DNA from: Podospora anserina
Lineage: Eukaryota
Reading direction: 5' to 3'
DNA length: 64,000 nucleotides
Assembly: GCA_017654855.1 (NCBI GenBank)
Contig: CM030332.1
Span: 2,852,001 to 2,916,000 of the forward strand
Positions within the stretch are counted from its first letter, which is position 1, and each line of letters starts with the position of its first letter. A model generated the notes under the pieces. The model was not told the origin of the DNA, made no database searches, and worked only from the letters and a program-made list of their open reading frames with translations. Shown piece by piece: positions 1 to 13,057 of the stretch. The position numbers and the translations under genes are program-made.

Positions 1-180
1 CGCTCGGACCGGCGGGGCTTCTTGAATGATTCAGAGGGGGCATCGTCGCCCGTAGAGCCCTGAAGGAGAAGAGAGATTAATCGGCGGAACATGTCGATGT
101 ATGACAGTGACGCCATAGAAGAAGAGGGTACATACAGCGCGACCTCGCTTGAGCTGACTGGCCTCAGATCGTGGAGCCAT
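1..180 (-). CDS. 5' end of an unidentified protein gene running off the left edge (MAPRSEASQLKRGRA|GSTGDDAPSESFKKPRRSE...)
   Basis: ATG at 180-178, 15-codon exon 180-136, intron 135-60 (GTATGT ... TTAAT branch-like, pyrimidine tract, CAG), frame stays open to position 1; KKPRR is NLS-like. Confidence 0.6.
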
Positions 181-2078
181 GACGGCGTGGGCTGTATATG
201 AGCCTGTAATAGTGTGATTAAGTAGCAGGTGCGACAGTCGTTAAATAGGCAGACAGCCAAATGGGGTCGACTGGGCGGGTGAGCTAGGTAATGGATGTCA
301 GGAAGGAATGGTGTGCACGTTGTGGTTCCTGCCTCAAGAAATCATAGCATCACTCGCGGGAGCTTGGTAAGGAACGAACCGCGCCTCAGCGCCTCAGCGG
401 CCTCTTGGTGTACACAGTGCGCTAGGCTCCAATGAGCACCTCCAATCGCCGGCTGACTCAAGGGACCGGGGTCTACGATCGTCGAGGGTGGACAAAATAA
501 CAAGTATCGCCAGTTCCTAAAGACGTCAAGCAATGGTCGAAAGTTCTTGTACAACTGTCGTGAGGTGTCAAGCGTAGCTGAAGGGCGTGAAGAGATAGGT
601 TAAGGGCATCGCGCGGCAAGTGTTGGAAGACATTTATTTGAAAGGCATTGAAAAAGGTCTGCCTAGCGTTGGAAGATGGTAGGTTGAAGATGCCAAGGCG
701 CTAAAGGACCGTTGAAAGGCTTCGAGAGTAAGGGAAATGCCTTCGAAATGGTCCATCAAGCTTGTTCAAGGCAGTTGGAAGGTGGCTCCGTCGAGAAATT
801 GCGAGAGAGCACACACCTCATTGCGGCAGTTCCCAATTTCTTGTCCACAGTCAACACTTGCAGTGGGCTTTCGAATGACCCGCCGCAACCAGGATGCTTA
901 GCTGATGCAGGGGCTGACACCGAGGGCGTGCCGTTGTCTTGCCGTAGGGCTGGTCATGTCCAGATCTCTGGGGTCAAGTGGGCTTCGCACTGAAAGTTTG
1001 ATGTGACTCCTTTGGACTGTCAGCTGTTGCCTTTGATGTTGATTTTTCAAGATTTTCTGAGACTTCAAGACCCAAATCCCAAAGTCTGCTCGCCCAGCAA
1101 CCCCTTCTTCTGACCCTTTATTCTCGGTCAACAGCACCTCGTGGCTTTTCTTGAGGGCCAGTCAGCGTGGGAGACCCGCCCCTTTAAGCGGCAGACCGGC
1201 AGCTGTCAAGCTCCGCCTCTGCAAAGAAACCAGCTCGTGGCTTGACTTACACCAAATGTGGCGCAAGGAAGCCCCGTTCCACTTCATAATGTCGGTCGAG
1301 GCAGGGTTGACATCTGGAGCTCAGCAGTTCGAAGCGGTTGGTATTTTTGCATGAGAACTTGTCGACTTTTATTCCCTGATCCTGCGAAGAGATAGTTACT
1401 GAGGCTTGGGAGAGTTATAGTGCTGGTGATCCCTTCAGAATACCATTAGTGTTTGCTGATATCATCGATGGCCAGTTTTGAGCCTGATGTTTCTGGCCAG
1501 CATCTCACGCTGTTGGCTGGAGTTGTCGCTGAAGAAGGAGCTATTGTTGCGCCCACTATTGTCGCCATGCTATTGTTGACAAAAGTGACTTCAAGTGAAA
1601 GCTCAGGCTGGCGATACTGCCCCGCCTTCTACTACAAGACTAGCGCCTCTCGCTTAACTATCTTCTTATCGCCTAGCGCCATTTTCACGTGATTTATCGC
1701 CCACAGATCCAGAGAAAAATGGCATTGAATGCGGGGCAACAAGATTCTGCCGCCTCAGGGTTTGACAAGGCGAAAGCAGCAGAGGGCCAGGAATCGACAA
1801 AGAAAGTGCTCCCACCAGTCCGAACCCTCCCGTCGGGCCCCCTACCGCCCTACGAGTCTCTGGATGCGATTTCTCCGCCAGCAATACCAGAAGATTTTCA
1901 CGATATCGGTCGGTCCAAGCCCCTCTCTGACCTCCATTCCGACCGTACCCCATCCGATTTGAGCGACTACTCGGACCACAACACTACCAAGTACACCGAC
2001 TCGGTCGTCAAAGGCGCCGCACTTTTTCTCGAATTTTACGGCTTATCCTACACCCCCCACGCCGACAACACCGCGAGA

Positions 2079-3436
2079 ATGGCTTCCCCTCAGCTGATTT
2101 TTGTCGATGGCACCTTCGCCGAGCTGGCCCAGGAGATGGCCGACTACATCCAGGCCAACTCGGCCAAGACTGAACATGCCGTCCAGGTTGGCGACGAGGT
2201 CAGACCCCTGTTGGAGAAGGAGAAGAACGAGGATGCTCTCGAGGCTATCGTCAAGGCCTCCGGCGTATTGAATACGGTTCCCGAAAAGGAGTTCACTGGT
2301 GCCATCAACCTCCTTATCCACCTTGTCCTCCAGTCCAACGAGCCCAAGAGACATCTTCCTGCTGTCTGCAGCAACCTTCTCAAGCCCATCACATCCTCGC
2401 CAAGCCACGGCTTCACCCTTGCCGCGAGCGCCCTCAGCACCATCTTCAACCTCCTGGATAAGACGAACCCTGTCCGGTACAATGTTTTCTTGCAGATCAT
2501 CCGCTTCATTCGCCAACACGGCCAGTACGAGCTTCTCAAGCCCCGGTTAAAGAACTTGGAGGCGTGGTTTGCCGATTGGGAGACCAACGCGGAGGATCAG
2601 CGCAAGCTCTATATCGATGTGGCTGATGCCGCTGCTGAGGCTGGCGATGATGAGTGAGTATCAACAGGAGCCATGCCAAAAGATTACTGGCTAACTAAAT
2701 TTTCAGGGAGTCATACCACTACATTCTGAAGGCCCTCTCCACCTTTGAGCGCGAGGAAGCCGAGGGCGAGGAGGCCCAGAAGTATTCTCTCAAGGCTCTC
2801 AAGATGGCCATTTCTTCCCCCACCCGGTTCGACTTCCAGGATCTCCGTGCCCTCCCAAGCGTTCAGGCGCTTAGCGACTCTCAGCCCGTCTACTCTCAGC
2901 TTCTCGACATCTTCACTGAGCAAGATCTTGAGGACTACAACGACTTCAGAGAGGAGCACGAGGGTTGGATCGAGAAGGAGAAGCTTGACCACGAGAAGCT
3001 GCAGCGCAAGATGCGCCTGCTTACTTTCGCCAGTCTCGCCGCCAGCACGCCCAACCGCGAGATCCCGTACGCCAACATCGCTAAGGCTCTCCAGATCCCC
3101 TCTGAGGACGTTGAGATGTGGACAATCGATGTTGTCCGCGCCAAGCTTGTCGAGGGCAGACTGTCTCAGAAGCAAAAGGTCTTCCTTGTCCACAGAACCA
3201 CCTACCGTGTTTTCGGTGAGAAGCAGTGGCGCGAGTTGGGCACGAGAATCGACCAATTCAAGCTGGTTGTTGACCGTCTCACCAGCACTGTGCGCAGGGC
3301 CCAGGCTGAGGTTGAGCAGGCGAGGAAGGCCGAGGAGGAGCAGCTTGCTAAGAAGCTCGCTGGCGCTGGTATCAGCAGTGGTAACCCGGGCGACCGTCGC
3401 CGCCAGCCAAGGCAGCGGACGGATGATGATGATTGA
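2079..3436 (+). CDS. eIF3m: Eukaryotic translation initiation factor 3 subunit M (PCI domain)
   Basis: Exons 2079-2653 and 2707-3436 (intron GTGAGT..CTAAC..CAG); PCI motifs [44 protein letters not shown]. Frame is open further upstream to ATG 1719. Confidence 0.92.
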
Positions 3437-4087
3437 ACGCGTGCACAGTTTTCGGGACATTTCGGGATATGAGGTGGCATCAGGGACATGGCATATGATC
3501 TCTCCTTGGGGCGACCTAGAGTAATTAACTTGGTTTGGCCCTTTCTGGCGTTGAGAACCAAAATGGCTGGGCGGGGTTTATATCTAGACTCCTTTTTAAA
3601 CGGGTTGCTTTTATTACATCCACGCGAGTAGATATCCAGGGTCCCATAAAATTCATCACTTTGGCTGCAAAACAACGGGTTGGGCTGGGATTAGAGGGCG
3701 TGCTGAGTGACATGGACATAGCGATTCCCTGCGTTGCGGCGTTGCATATTTAAACAATCATAGTTCAGAGTTGATTCCTCTCATGTGAAGAGTGATCGGT
3801 ACCTACTTGAGCATCGTGTGCCACTGCAGCTGCGGTCAATATGTTCCTGTAGAGGACATAATCTCTTCTACGTCTCTACTATAGACTTTTCAACTTCGTA
3901 TCCATGGCTTTGAAGACACAGTAGAGAGGCACGTGATTCTGTGAATATTTCTCACTCATGGTTGCTCATCTCATCACTCTTTCAACTACATCGTCAACTC
4001 AAGTCTACCTCAACTCACCACCGCCACCGAACATCAATACCATCACCTCCATTTTACCACAATATTCACTGTTTTACGCCCCCCCAA

Positions 4088-4663
4088 ATGGACACACCAC
4101 CACCACGAAACCACTACACCACCCTCTCCCTCCCCCCCTCCCTCTTCTCCAGCGGCCTCACCCCCGAAGAGATAAAACAAACCCTCAAGAAATCCTACCG
4201 CCGCGCCCTGCTGGCTCACCACCCGGATAAATCAACCACCTCCTCCCCATCAGTGACGATAGACGAAATAACACTAGCCTACACCACTCTCTCCACCCCC
4301 TCCCTCCGCCAAGCCCACGATCTATCCCTCTCCTCCTCGGGTTCTGGCCCAGCAGCGCTAGGGAGACATAAACTCCAAACCGGAATCGAAACAATCGACT
4401 TGGACGACCTCACTCATCATGAAGGGGAGGAGGAAGATGAGTGGTACAAACCCTGCCGGTGCGGCAACCCCAAAGGATTCCTAGTTCACGAATCAGATCT
4501 CGAAGAGGCGGCAAATGGAGGGTTGGAAGAGGTTGTCGTCGGCTGTCAGGATTGCAGTTTGTGGCTCAGGGTTGTCTTTGGTGTTGTTGTTCAAGATCAA
4601 GATCAGGAGGGGGAGACTCCAGAACAGAAAAAGGGGGAGACACCTGCTGCGGAGAGGAGGTGA
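4088..4663 (+). CDS. DPH4: Diphthamide biosynthesis protein 4 (J domain + CSL zinc finger)
   Basis: J-domain NHYTTL...YRRALLAHHPDK; C-terminal DLDDL...WYKPCRCG...VGCQDCSLWLRVVF. Confidence 0.92.
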   Translation: MDTPPPRNHYTTLSLPPSLFSSGLTPEEIKQTLKKSYRRALLAHHPDKSTTSSPSVTIDEITLAYTTLSTPSLRQAHDLSLSSSGSGPAALGRHKLQTGIETIDLDDLTHHEGEEEDEWYKPCRCGNPKGFLVHESDLEEAANGGLEEVVVGCQDCSLWLRVVFGVVVQDQDQEGETPEQKKGETPAAERR

Positions 4664-5590
4664 TACTACGGAATGGGCGGAATAGACGGGTGGGCAATTA
4701 CCCATTTGACACGCACACATAATACATCATTCTCGAAAAGACAGAGATTCTGCAACTCTGATAAACAAACTGGCTGGTCATGCAATGATGCCTTTTCTTT
4801 GTACCCGAGTTTCCAAACTCTATAGCTGGCATTGTATAGTTGGCGGTGATGAGTAGGGCACCGGGTTATACTTAACCTCACGTACGTCTTTGAACGGAAC
4901 AGGGAACAGCCTGTGGAGTCTCAAGATGTCGGAGTCCTCCAGAATGTCACCTATCAATATCACAGCGAAGGCCATCTCTGGACTCATCACAAATAGGTGA
5001 GATGAAAGCCGAGTCTCAAGACCCACCCAAAGTTGAGAGCATGCAGCTGGCTACGTCACTCGCTCTTTTCGAGTCAGGGGTGGAGGATCTCAATGTTGAT
5101 CTGGATCTCCAGCTAGATCACCAAGATGTCTCAGGGCCTCGTTGTGATCCACTAAGGAAGGACACCAAAGAATGCAAGCAAAACACCGTCACGAGGAAAG
5201 CAATCACTTGGGTATATCAGAATCTATAGGGCAACCTAAGGGTGCAAAAGACTGCCGATTACAAGCCAAGTATAAAAAGTACTGCCGTGTGGGGGAAGGG
5301 GTTTTGGATTTTCTTGTCCAGACGGTCTTCCCGTCTCGAAGAGTCTAAAAGGCAAGCAGGGTGAGAAAGGAAAAGCAAAACCCTCCGTGTATGCTGCGCT
5401 CTAGCCCTCAAGGTACCGCGAATCACCGCCTCATACAAGTCCTCCTAAGTCTGTATTTTGCCTAAACACATGCAACGACCCGAGAGCATCTCCAGTCCGC
5501 ACTCCAAAGACACCGTTTCCGCCGAGGGGATTCACCAACGATAAACCAGGGTTATCACTATCAAGAGACAAAGAAAACAAACGACAAATT

Positions 5591-5891
5591 TTACTCGGCA
5601 GGCTTGGGAGCCTCCTCGGCCGGGGCATCGGCAGGCTTGGGCGCCTCCTCAGCGGCCGGGGCATCAGCAGCGGCAGCAGGAGGCTCGGCCTCGGATGAGG
5701 TCCAGAGAGTCTGCACATAATCGTTAGCACGTCGCACCGCCTCGTCTAGATCGGACTGCACATACCAAATTGTCGCGGAGCAGCTGCATGATAAGGGTGC
5801 TGTCCTTGTAGCTCTCCTCGCTCAAGGTGTCGAGCTCTGTAGTCAACATCGTCAGTACCTATACCTCCTTGCTTACTTTGACCCTACGTAC

Positions 5892-5922
<31 letters not shown>

Positions 5923-6616
5923 GAGATGGCAAGCCTGGTCGGGAGCGTTCAAGATCTCATAGTAGAACACGGAGAAGTTGAGGGCAAGACCAAGACGGAT
6001 GGGGTGAGTGGGAGGAAGCTCGGTCTGGGCAACCTCGGTGGCAGCCTTGTAGGCGTCGAGGGACTTGTCGGCGGAATCCTTGCGCTTGTCGCCAACGGCG
6101 AACTCGGCGAGGTAACGATGGTAGTCACCCTTCCTGTGCGATTGTTAGAGGCATACAAAAGCCGAGAATCGAGGGGCACGAACATCTTGTGGTAAAAGAC
6201 CTTGGACTCGCCAGTCTTGGCGGAAGGAATGAGGTGCTTGTCGAGAACGGAGAGGATGTCCTCGCAGATCTTGGCCAGCTCGGCCTCAATCTTCTGGCGG
6301 TACTCCTTGATAAGGCCGACCTGGGTAGAGTTGCCCTTGGACTCCTCCTTCTGCTCAATCGAGGTGACAATTCTCCACGAAGCGCGTCTAGCACCAATGA
6401 CATTCTTGTAGGCGACGGACAGAAGGTTCCTCTCCTCAACGGTGAGGTCACGGTCCTCGGAGGCAACGATCTTCATGTTCTCAACCATCTCTGTTGGGCG
6501 TCAAATCGTCAGAATGCGACCCTGCAAACGCCCAAAATCATCTTGACAAACGTACCCTCATAGCGCTCAGCCTGCTCGGCGAGCTTGGCGAGGTAGACAG
6601 CATCTTCATGACCCAT
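5591..6616 (-). CDS. 14-3-3 protein
   Basis: [79 protein letters not shown]; four introns (approx. 6555-6491, 6183-6134, 5891-5837, 5765-5711); stop TAA 5593-5591. Confidence 0.97.
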
Positions 6617-6680
6617 TTTGTCGGTTTTGATGATTATCTGTGTAAGTTGAGTGGTAAGTTAGCGCGCGTTGGTTCAGAGA

Positions 6681-7200
6681 CTGTCCAAGGCAGCAGGGCA
6701 ATGTAGGTAATCGGTGAGCTCCGCCTTCGAGGGTGAATGTGTGTTGAATGTCGGTCGTGATGGGCAAGTGCGGGCGAACAAGGAAGAATTGTAAAATAAT
6801 GGCAGGAAGCAAGTGTCGGTCGTTCTGGACAATCTCAACAGGCTTGCGATAGGCATGCGATTGCGCAAGCACCGTGCTGACTTCATGGCTTGGGCAAGCA
6901 AAGGATGCTCCCCGCTCTCGGTGGGGCATGCGCAGCGCAGCCCTGTCCAGGCCTTGGGCGTCGTTCGTGTGTTGGCCGCCGAAAAGGGGCAATTGAAGAT
7001 GCCATGAGCTCGCCGCGTCCAGGAGCCCTCTCTCGATGCCGTCTTCCACAACTCATCGTCCAGAGGAGGCATATGGTCGCAGTGGCGATGACGACAGAGG
7101 GGCCAGGTTTTGGTGTTGCAGCGGTGCAGCTGGTAGATGCAGCGGAGGCGGATGGGGGGGGGGAGACGGGGGGACGGGGACGGCAATGCTGCAGACTCAC
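6681..7200 (-). other. Probable 5' UTR intron of the 14-3-3 gene
   Basis: Consensus donor AAG|GTGAGT at 7200, branch-like GCTCAC and acceptor GGACAG ending at 6681, 65 nt upstream of the ATG. Confidence 0.55.
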
Positions 7201-8775
7201 CTTCGGTAGAACTAAGGAATCGAGTAATGTGTGTTGTTCTGGGGAGAGCGCAGAGTTCGCGGAGCGAGGTTCGTGAGTAGAAAGTTGGTGGACAGTGGAC
7301 GATGTCTAACGTCTGAAGGTTTGGGGATGAAGGGTGGAAATGAGTAGAGTCACCGGTTTTGGATGCAAAGTTGGAAATGAGGGAAGGGGCAAGGCGGAAA
7401 GCACCAGCGACAACCACAAGGCGAGCGGGATGCCGTGGGTGGGCTGGCCTGGACGGGGTGACGACCAGTGAAATTTGGGTGGGCGAAGGGGCCTGTGCAA
7501 AAGCCCCTCTGCCCCCCCCCCCTTGTCCACTCCTGTTTAGGACCCGATTACCACCCGATGGAAAGATCAACACGTGACAAGTCAAACGACGCGCCAGGCC
7601 CAAGTACGTCACTGCTTTGACTTGACTGGCATCAGCCAGCGCCAACTTGCGACATTCAGGAGTGGCGTCTCTGAAACTTGCTGCCTTGTCCCAATCCTAA
7701 TGTCAAGACACATCGCCATAAAAAGAAACACCGAGCCACATCCCATCAGAGAAGTCCCAGTCCAGCATCACCCTCCAACCCCCAACATAGACAAACCCCC
7801 AAGGTTTATTTGCTCTTACCTACAGTTTATTATGGCGGTCAGGCATATGCCAACACACAGAGGGGTCGGGCAGCCAGTTCCACCGACCACTACCTGGCAT
7901 CGGTTAAGACAGATTTCTAGAACGTTCAGCAGTCAAATCGTGATCCTATATATCAGATTGGGACCCTTCACATTCCTAGGTCGGCTCCTACACGACTGCA
8001 ATGCTTGCTCGGAATGAATTGCAAATATGGCTCAGAATATCAACGCCGATGAAACAAGCGAATCCTTTTTGTCATTGCTAACTTGATCTATCTCAGCCTT
8101 GCCTGGGGTGCTTTGGGCATTGGAGATAGGACTATCGAGAGTGGCTATGTAGAATGATTAAGCAAGCCACAGTATGTTGACTCTCACGAGCCAAGGCCGA
8201 GAACACTTCCCATACGACCTGAACCCAGCCAGTGTTCTAGAGCTATTCTATCGGTGCCAACATGAGAGGTTGAGAAACTGAGGAGATACAAACTGCGGGG
8301 CAACGGGTATCCCCGCAAAATGAACATCAAAGCTCCGTTGCCTGTCAACAACAGTGTCTGCCGCTCATCAGTGGGGTGATTGCCTCAGGCCACCCCGTCA
8401 TAGCCGATACGAACAAGGTGGGCTGTACAAAACAGTGGGGCCATCAACCTCGAACCCGCCGTCTTGTCCCGCTTCGACGGAAGCTTTGACGTCCACTCGA
8501 CCTGCTGGGAACTCCCGAAGGTAGAAAAGCTCTCCACTTCCTCTTTGAAGCTTACCTGCTCAAACTTGTGATCAGACCATCGGTTCTCCCCAGAACTACT
8601 CCGTCATCTCAAGAAACTGAAAACAATTGTTCCCAGTTGTAAGATCCTCCTCTCTCTCTCTCTCCCTCTCCCAGTCATTGAACAAATCACCGGCATATAA
8701 TATTCAAGACCAATTGCAATCTGCTGACACCTTTCTTTCTAACTCTCAAAGACGACCCCCACAACACCAATCACA

Positions 8776-9459
8776 ATGCTTCGCACATCATTCACCAAGG
8801 TCGCCCGCCCGGCGCTCTTCTCCCGCTCGTTCGCGATTACCTCGCGCGCCATGGCTGCTGGTGACACCGGCGCTCCCCCCAAGACCGGCGGCCAGGGGTA
8901 CGTTCATCTTCCTTCTACCTCAATAACATAATGACGCACCCGGCCCCTCCAACAATCACGAAGGAATACAGACACGAGGTTATGCCGGAGCTCGCGGGGG
9001 GAAGAGAGGAGCTCTACGGATGAGGATTTAGAGCAAAGCAGGGTCATGACATCAACCTCCCTAGCTCCCTGGCCCGAGCCGAAGCTCCCTCCCCCTCTGC
9101 AGCCAGGTGTATCCCGGCGGCCACTCCGGCTCAGGCATACCCCTCCTATTTGTCTCCAAACTACCACGCATATCAATCACAAAAACCAGGGAAGAATACA
9201 TAATCAGCTAACATCGTAAACGAAACAGTGATGCCTTCCAGCGCCGCGAGAAGGCCCAGGAGGACTTTGCCATCCGCCAGCGCGAGAAGGAGAAGCTCAT
9301 CGCCCTCAGACAAAAGCTCAGGGAGCAGCAGGACCACCTCCAGAAGCTCTCTGACCACATGTCAGTAGTCAGGCTCTATTATACCCTTGAACTCCCTGTA
9401 CTGATGTATTCAAAAACAGCGACGAGATCACCAAGGAGCAGGGTGGCGAGCACAACTAA
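8776..9459 (+). CDS. INH1: Mitochondrial F1Fo ATPase inhibitor (IF1/INH1 family)
   Basis: Exons 8776-8897, 9229-9360, 9420-9459; Arg/Ser-rich presequence, then GDTGAP...GDAFQRREKAQEDFAIRQREKEKL. Confidence 0.9.
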
Positions 9460-10050
9460 ATATTTATCTACAAGATTAATAACCACGCGCTCTTCTCGGC
9501 TTGGCTGTCAAACTCCAATTTGCCCAGCCACATCATCACTCAATGAAATCATGGCACCAACCATGAACAACAGCCAGGAAAGAAAGAGGAGAGAGAATAG
9601 GAGGATAATGAGTTGACATGAATTGTGAACTCAGTTGTACGAGTACATAGCCTTTTTTTCTGCTCTTGACTTTGTCTACCTGCTTGATTTTGCGATCAGC
9701 ACGGCCTTGTCTTTGCACGCAAATTCGAAAAAAAGCAGACGTGAACAAATCTACAAATCACTTATCTCTGCCAAAGGCCCAGTGATACCCTCAATCTTGT
9801 TAGCTACCAAAGCTACCGGTATCAAAAAAATCTAACAAAACTTTCCATTTAACAAAAAACTCCCTCACACAAAACCCTCAACACCCATCCACCCACCCAC
9901 TCCAAATGATACCCATCATTTGTGTTGTTGTTGTTGTTGTTTGTTGACCGCTAATACTCCGGGGCAACTTTTCCACCCCCCTTCCTGTCGAGGACTGATT
10001 ACATATTTCCATCATCTCCCCGCCATTCCTTCAACCCCATCATGATGATT

Positions 10051-12172
10051 TTACTTGAAACCGCCCCCCCGATAGGACCGATAAAAGCTCTCGGCAGCAT
10101 TGCTCTCCGTCTCCTTGACACTCCCACCGCCCATATTCCCCGTCGTCTTCTGCGCGGCCTGGACCTTGGCCTGGAGAGCCTTGGCGTTGGTGTCGATCCA
10201 CTGCAGTTGCGTCAAGTGGCTGTTCAAGACGCGGACAATCTGAGAGAGCTACACAATTCAAAAGACATCAGTAAACCATCAGCAGACAAGGGGTTATACA
10301 CAGAACAAAACATACCGGATCATCACTCATCCCTCCCCTCCCCAAACTCCCACTCATGTCATTAATCTCCTTGATCATCTTTGTCAAATCCTTGCCCATA
10401 TCGTCCAGCCGATCCGTCAGCTTCTCCGCCAGCTTGTACGTTCTCTCCCTCTCCTGATCCGGCCCCGTGATCTGCTCCTCCCGCGCCAAATTCACCCCCT
10501 GCTTGGCATACAGCTCGTCCAGCTCCTGCTCATACCTGTCCAGCCAGGCCCCCAGCTCCTCCTGCTGGCTCTCCACCCCCTGGAGCTGACGCTCAATCTC
10601 GTTGCTGGCGCGCTCCGCTTCGTGGGTGGAGTTGAACAGGCGCTGGATCTTCTCGCCGTTTTCGACGAGCATGCGATCCCACTCCGAGACCTTGTTGGCT
10701 TGCTCTTTGAATTCCTTTTGGTATTTGGACAGGTCTGTCGCCCAGCGGGTGATGATCTCGTCCATGGTCTTGTTCTTGAGACGGGGGAGCTGGGAGGTGG
10801 GGCCGAGGGTGGAAGCTGTGAGGTTGGCGGCTGTCTGGGCTGGGTTGGAGGGTGTGAGGCCGGGGGTGGTGGTCGTGGTTGTAGCCGCGGGCTTGGGTCC
10901 GAAGAGACCTCCAGCTGCGGGAGCGGAGGAAGTAGCAGCAGCTGTGGTGGCAGCAGGCGCTGTGGTGCCTGCCGCGGGAGCTCCGAAGAGACCCCCGGTT
11001 GCCGGGGCCGTGGTAGCGGCTGGTGTGGCGGAGGTAGTAGCCGCCGAGGTGGTCGCCGGGGTTCCCGTTCCGAACAGAGTGCCGGCTGGCTTGGAAGCAC
11101 CCGCTGGGGCCGTAGTAGTAGCAGCTCCAGCACCAAAGAGACCCTCGGCCGCTGGGGCCGTAGTGACAGCAGCAGTTGTCGCGGCGGGAGCAGTAGTTGC
11201 AGCAGGGTTTGAGAAAAGACCACCAGCTGCCGGTGTCGAAGCAGCAGGGGCGGTGGTGGCAGGAGCTGCAGTGGTAGCCGGCTTGGGTGCAAAGAGATTG
11301 CTGGCCGCCGGGGCGGTTGTTGCACCAAATAGGCCCCCGGCGGCCGGGGCAGTAACAGCAGGCTTTGTCGTGGTATTAGCCGTCGAGAACAAACTACCGG
11401 CTGCTGGCTTCGCGGCATCCGCTGGAGGAGCGCCGGCTGGGGTAGTTGAGCCTAATCCACCGGCGGCGGCACCACCGAACAATGGCTTAGCGGGAGTTGA
11501 TGTAGCACCAGCACCTGTGGCCCCCGCAAACAGACTTCCTCCACTGCCGCCGGCACCTGCAAACAGTGAGCTACCGGCTGGTTTCGCGGCGGCGGCAGTC
11601 GTTGGTGTGGTCGACGCACCCCCAAACAAACCCCCAGCAGCCGTTGTTGGTGTCCCTATAGTCGTGCCAGAGGCGGCAGGAGCAGCACCTCCAAAAAGCG
11701 GCTTCGCTGGAGCGGCAGCAGTTGCACTGTTAAACAGGGACGATGGAGCTGCTGTCGTGGCGGCCGGGGCAGCAGTCGAAGCACCTCCAAACATCGCCCC
11801 AGTAGTTCCAGTCGTCCCTGTTGTCCCAGCAGGCTTGGCGAATAAACTGCCTCCTGCTGAAGCCCCAGCACCCCCTCCAAACAGGCCTCCTCCGGTGGCA
11901 GGCGCTGCAGTCGAGGCTCCGGCGGTGCCAAAAAGACTCCCAGCCGGTTTCGCGGCGCCGGCGGCTGTTGTGTTGCCAAAAAGACTACCGCCGGCTGGTG
12001 TGGTCGATCCGGCCGCGGCTGAACTTGAGTTGCCGAAAGAGAATGATGGAGTTCCTGTGGTTCCTGTAGCTCCTGAAGCTGCTCCGAATATGCTACCCCC
12101 AGCCGGCGCCGCTGAGGTGTTCGCCGCACCCGAGCCAGCGTTGGATGATGGTGTGCCGAATGTGAAGGACAT
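10051..12172 (-). CDS. NSP1: FG-repeat nucleoporin Nsp1/Nup62
   Basis: MSFTFG start, many GGLFG/SLFG repeats, Nsp1_C LKNKTMDEIITRWATDLSKYQKEF; intron 10315-10249; last exon LSQIVRVLNSHLTQLQWID; TAA 10053-10051. Confidence 0.95.
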
Positions 12173-13057
12173 GTTTACGGTCGTGATGCTTCCGATCGAC
12201 GATGGCAAGTCTGGGAAAAGGACGGAGTGTTGAGGTTGGCGACTTAGAAGAGAGGCGATAAGAGCTCCAAGCAGCCCAACACAACCCCAGTCGCTTGGAG
12301 AGGCAGCTAAGGGAGAGCGCAAAGAGAGCACCCTTTGGTCGCGATGTCGAGCTTTGTTGATGCAATTGGCCTTGTTGATGGAATTCCGAGACGTGCCGCA
12401 GCTTTGATCGCAAGAAAGTGGGTTGAGATGTTGCTGTAGCAAAGTCGCTTCGATTGTTGACTTTTCGATGCAGAAGCGCAAAGCAGAGCAGAGCGTCGCG
12501 ATTGATTGGACTTTTTGGCAGCTGTCGAACCGCGCCAGGAAAAAAGCTCCGTCAGCCTCACCAGTTGCACGCGCCCAAGGTGCCAAGCATCCACCCAACG
12601 TTGCACAGAGCACAAGGCTGAGAGTGTGCAATGCCCCACTCTCCTCCCATTCAACTAGTCTAGCGTGTGGGGCACAACCATCTCGAGCTCCGCATTGGAT
12701 TCCATCGTCCCTCCACACTGCTCAACTCCAGCTCGCAAGTCACTGATCAGCCGACCTGACCTGGCCCCTCCCGATTGTCTTGTCTCTTCAGTTTACAAAA
12801 GAACTACGTCCATGTATGCGTACCCAACCTGTTCCAGAACCCTGACCCTGCTTCTGCCGCCACTTAATCGTGCATCAGGAGTGCTACCTCACCACCCTTT
12901 TGCGCACAACACAACTCCTGCAGCCTTCAAGGTTCCCCTTCCCCTTTGACCCCTCCCACCCACCTGTCTCTCAGTGAAACCGCCAACCACTAAGAAACCG
13001 TTGCTCTTTGAGGGAAAGAACATACATACAATCTTCGTTCTTCTCACAACAGACACG

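Noticed and set aside
4880-5229. Short acidic ORF and a repeated GAGTCTCAAGA downstream of 14-3-3
   Set aside because: Lies between convergent 3' ends, frames do not join, no homology recognised
6674-7645. 323-aa minus-strand ORF upstream of 14-3-3
   Set aside because: TTG start, no recognisable motif, and it overlaps the promoter and probable 5' UTR intron
8200-8470. CATACGACC (5S-like start) and GGGTTCGA (T-loop-like) fragments
   Set aside because: No continuation of 5S rRNA and no tRNA cloverleaf
10602-12233. 543-aa plus-strand ORF
   Set aside because: Antisense shadow of the GC-rich, low-complexity FG-repeat region of NSP1
12173-12718. 182-codon upstream extension of the NSP1 ORF
   Set aside because: No ATG in the extension, the sequence is not protein-like, and MSFTFG at 12172 is the typical start
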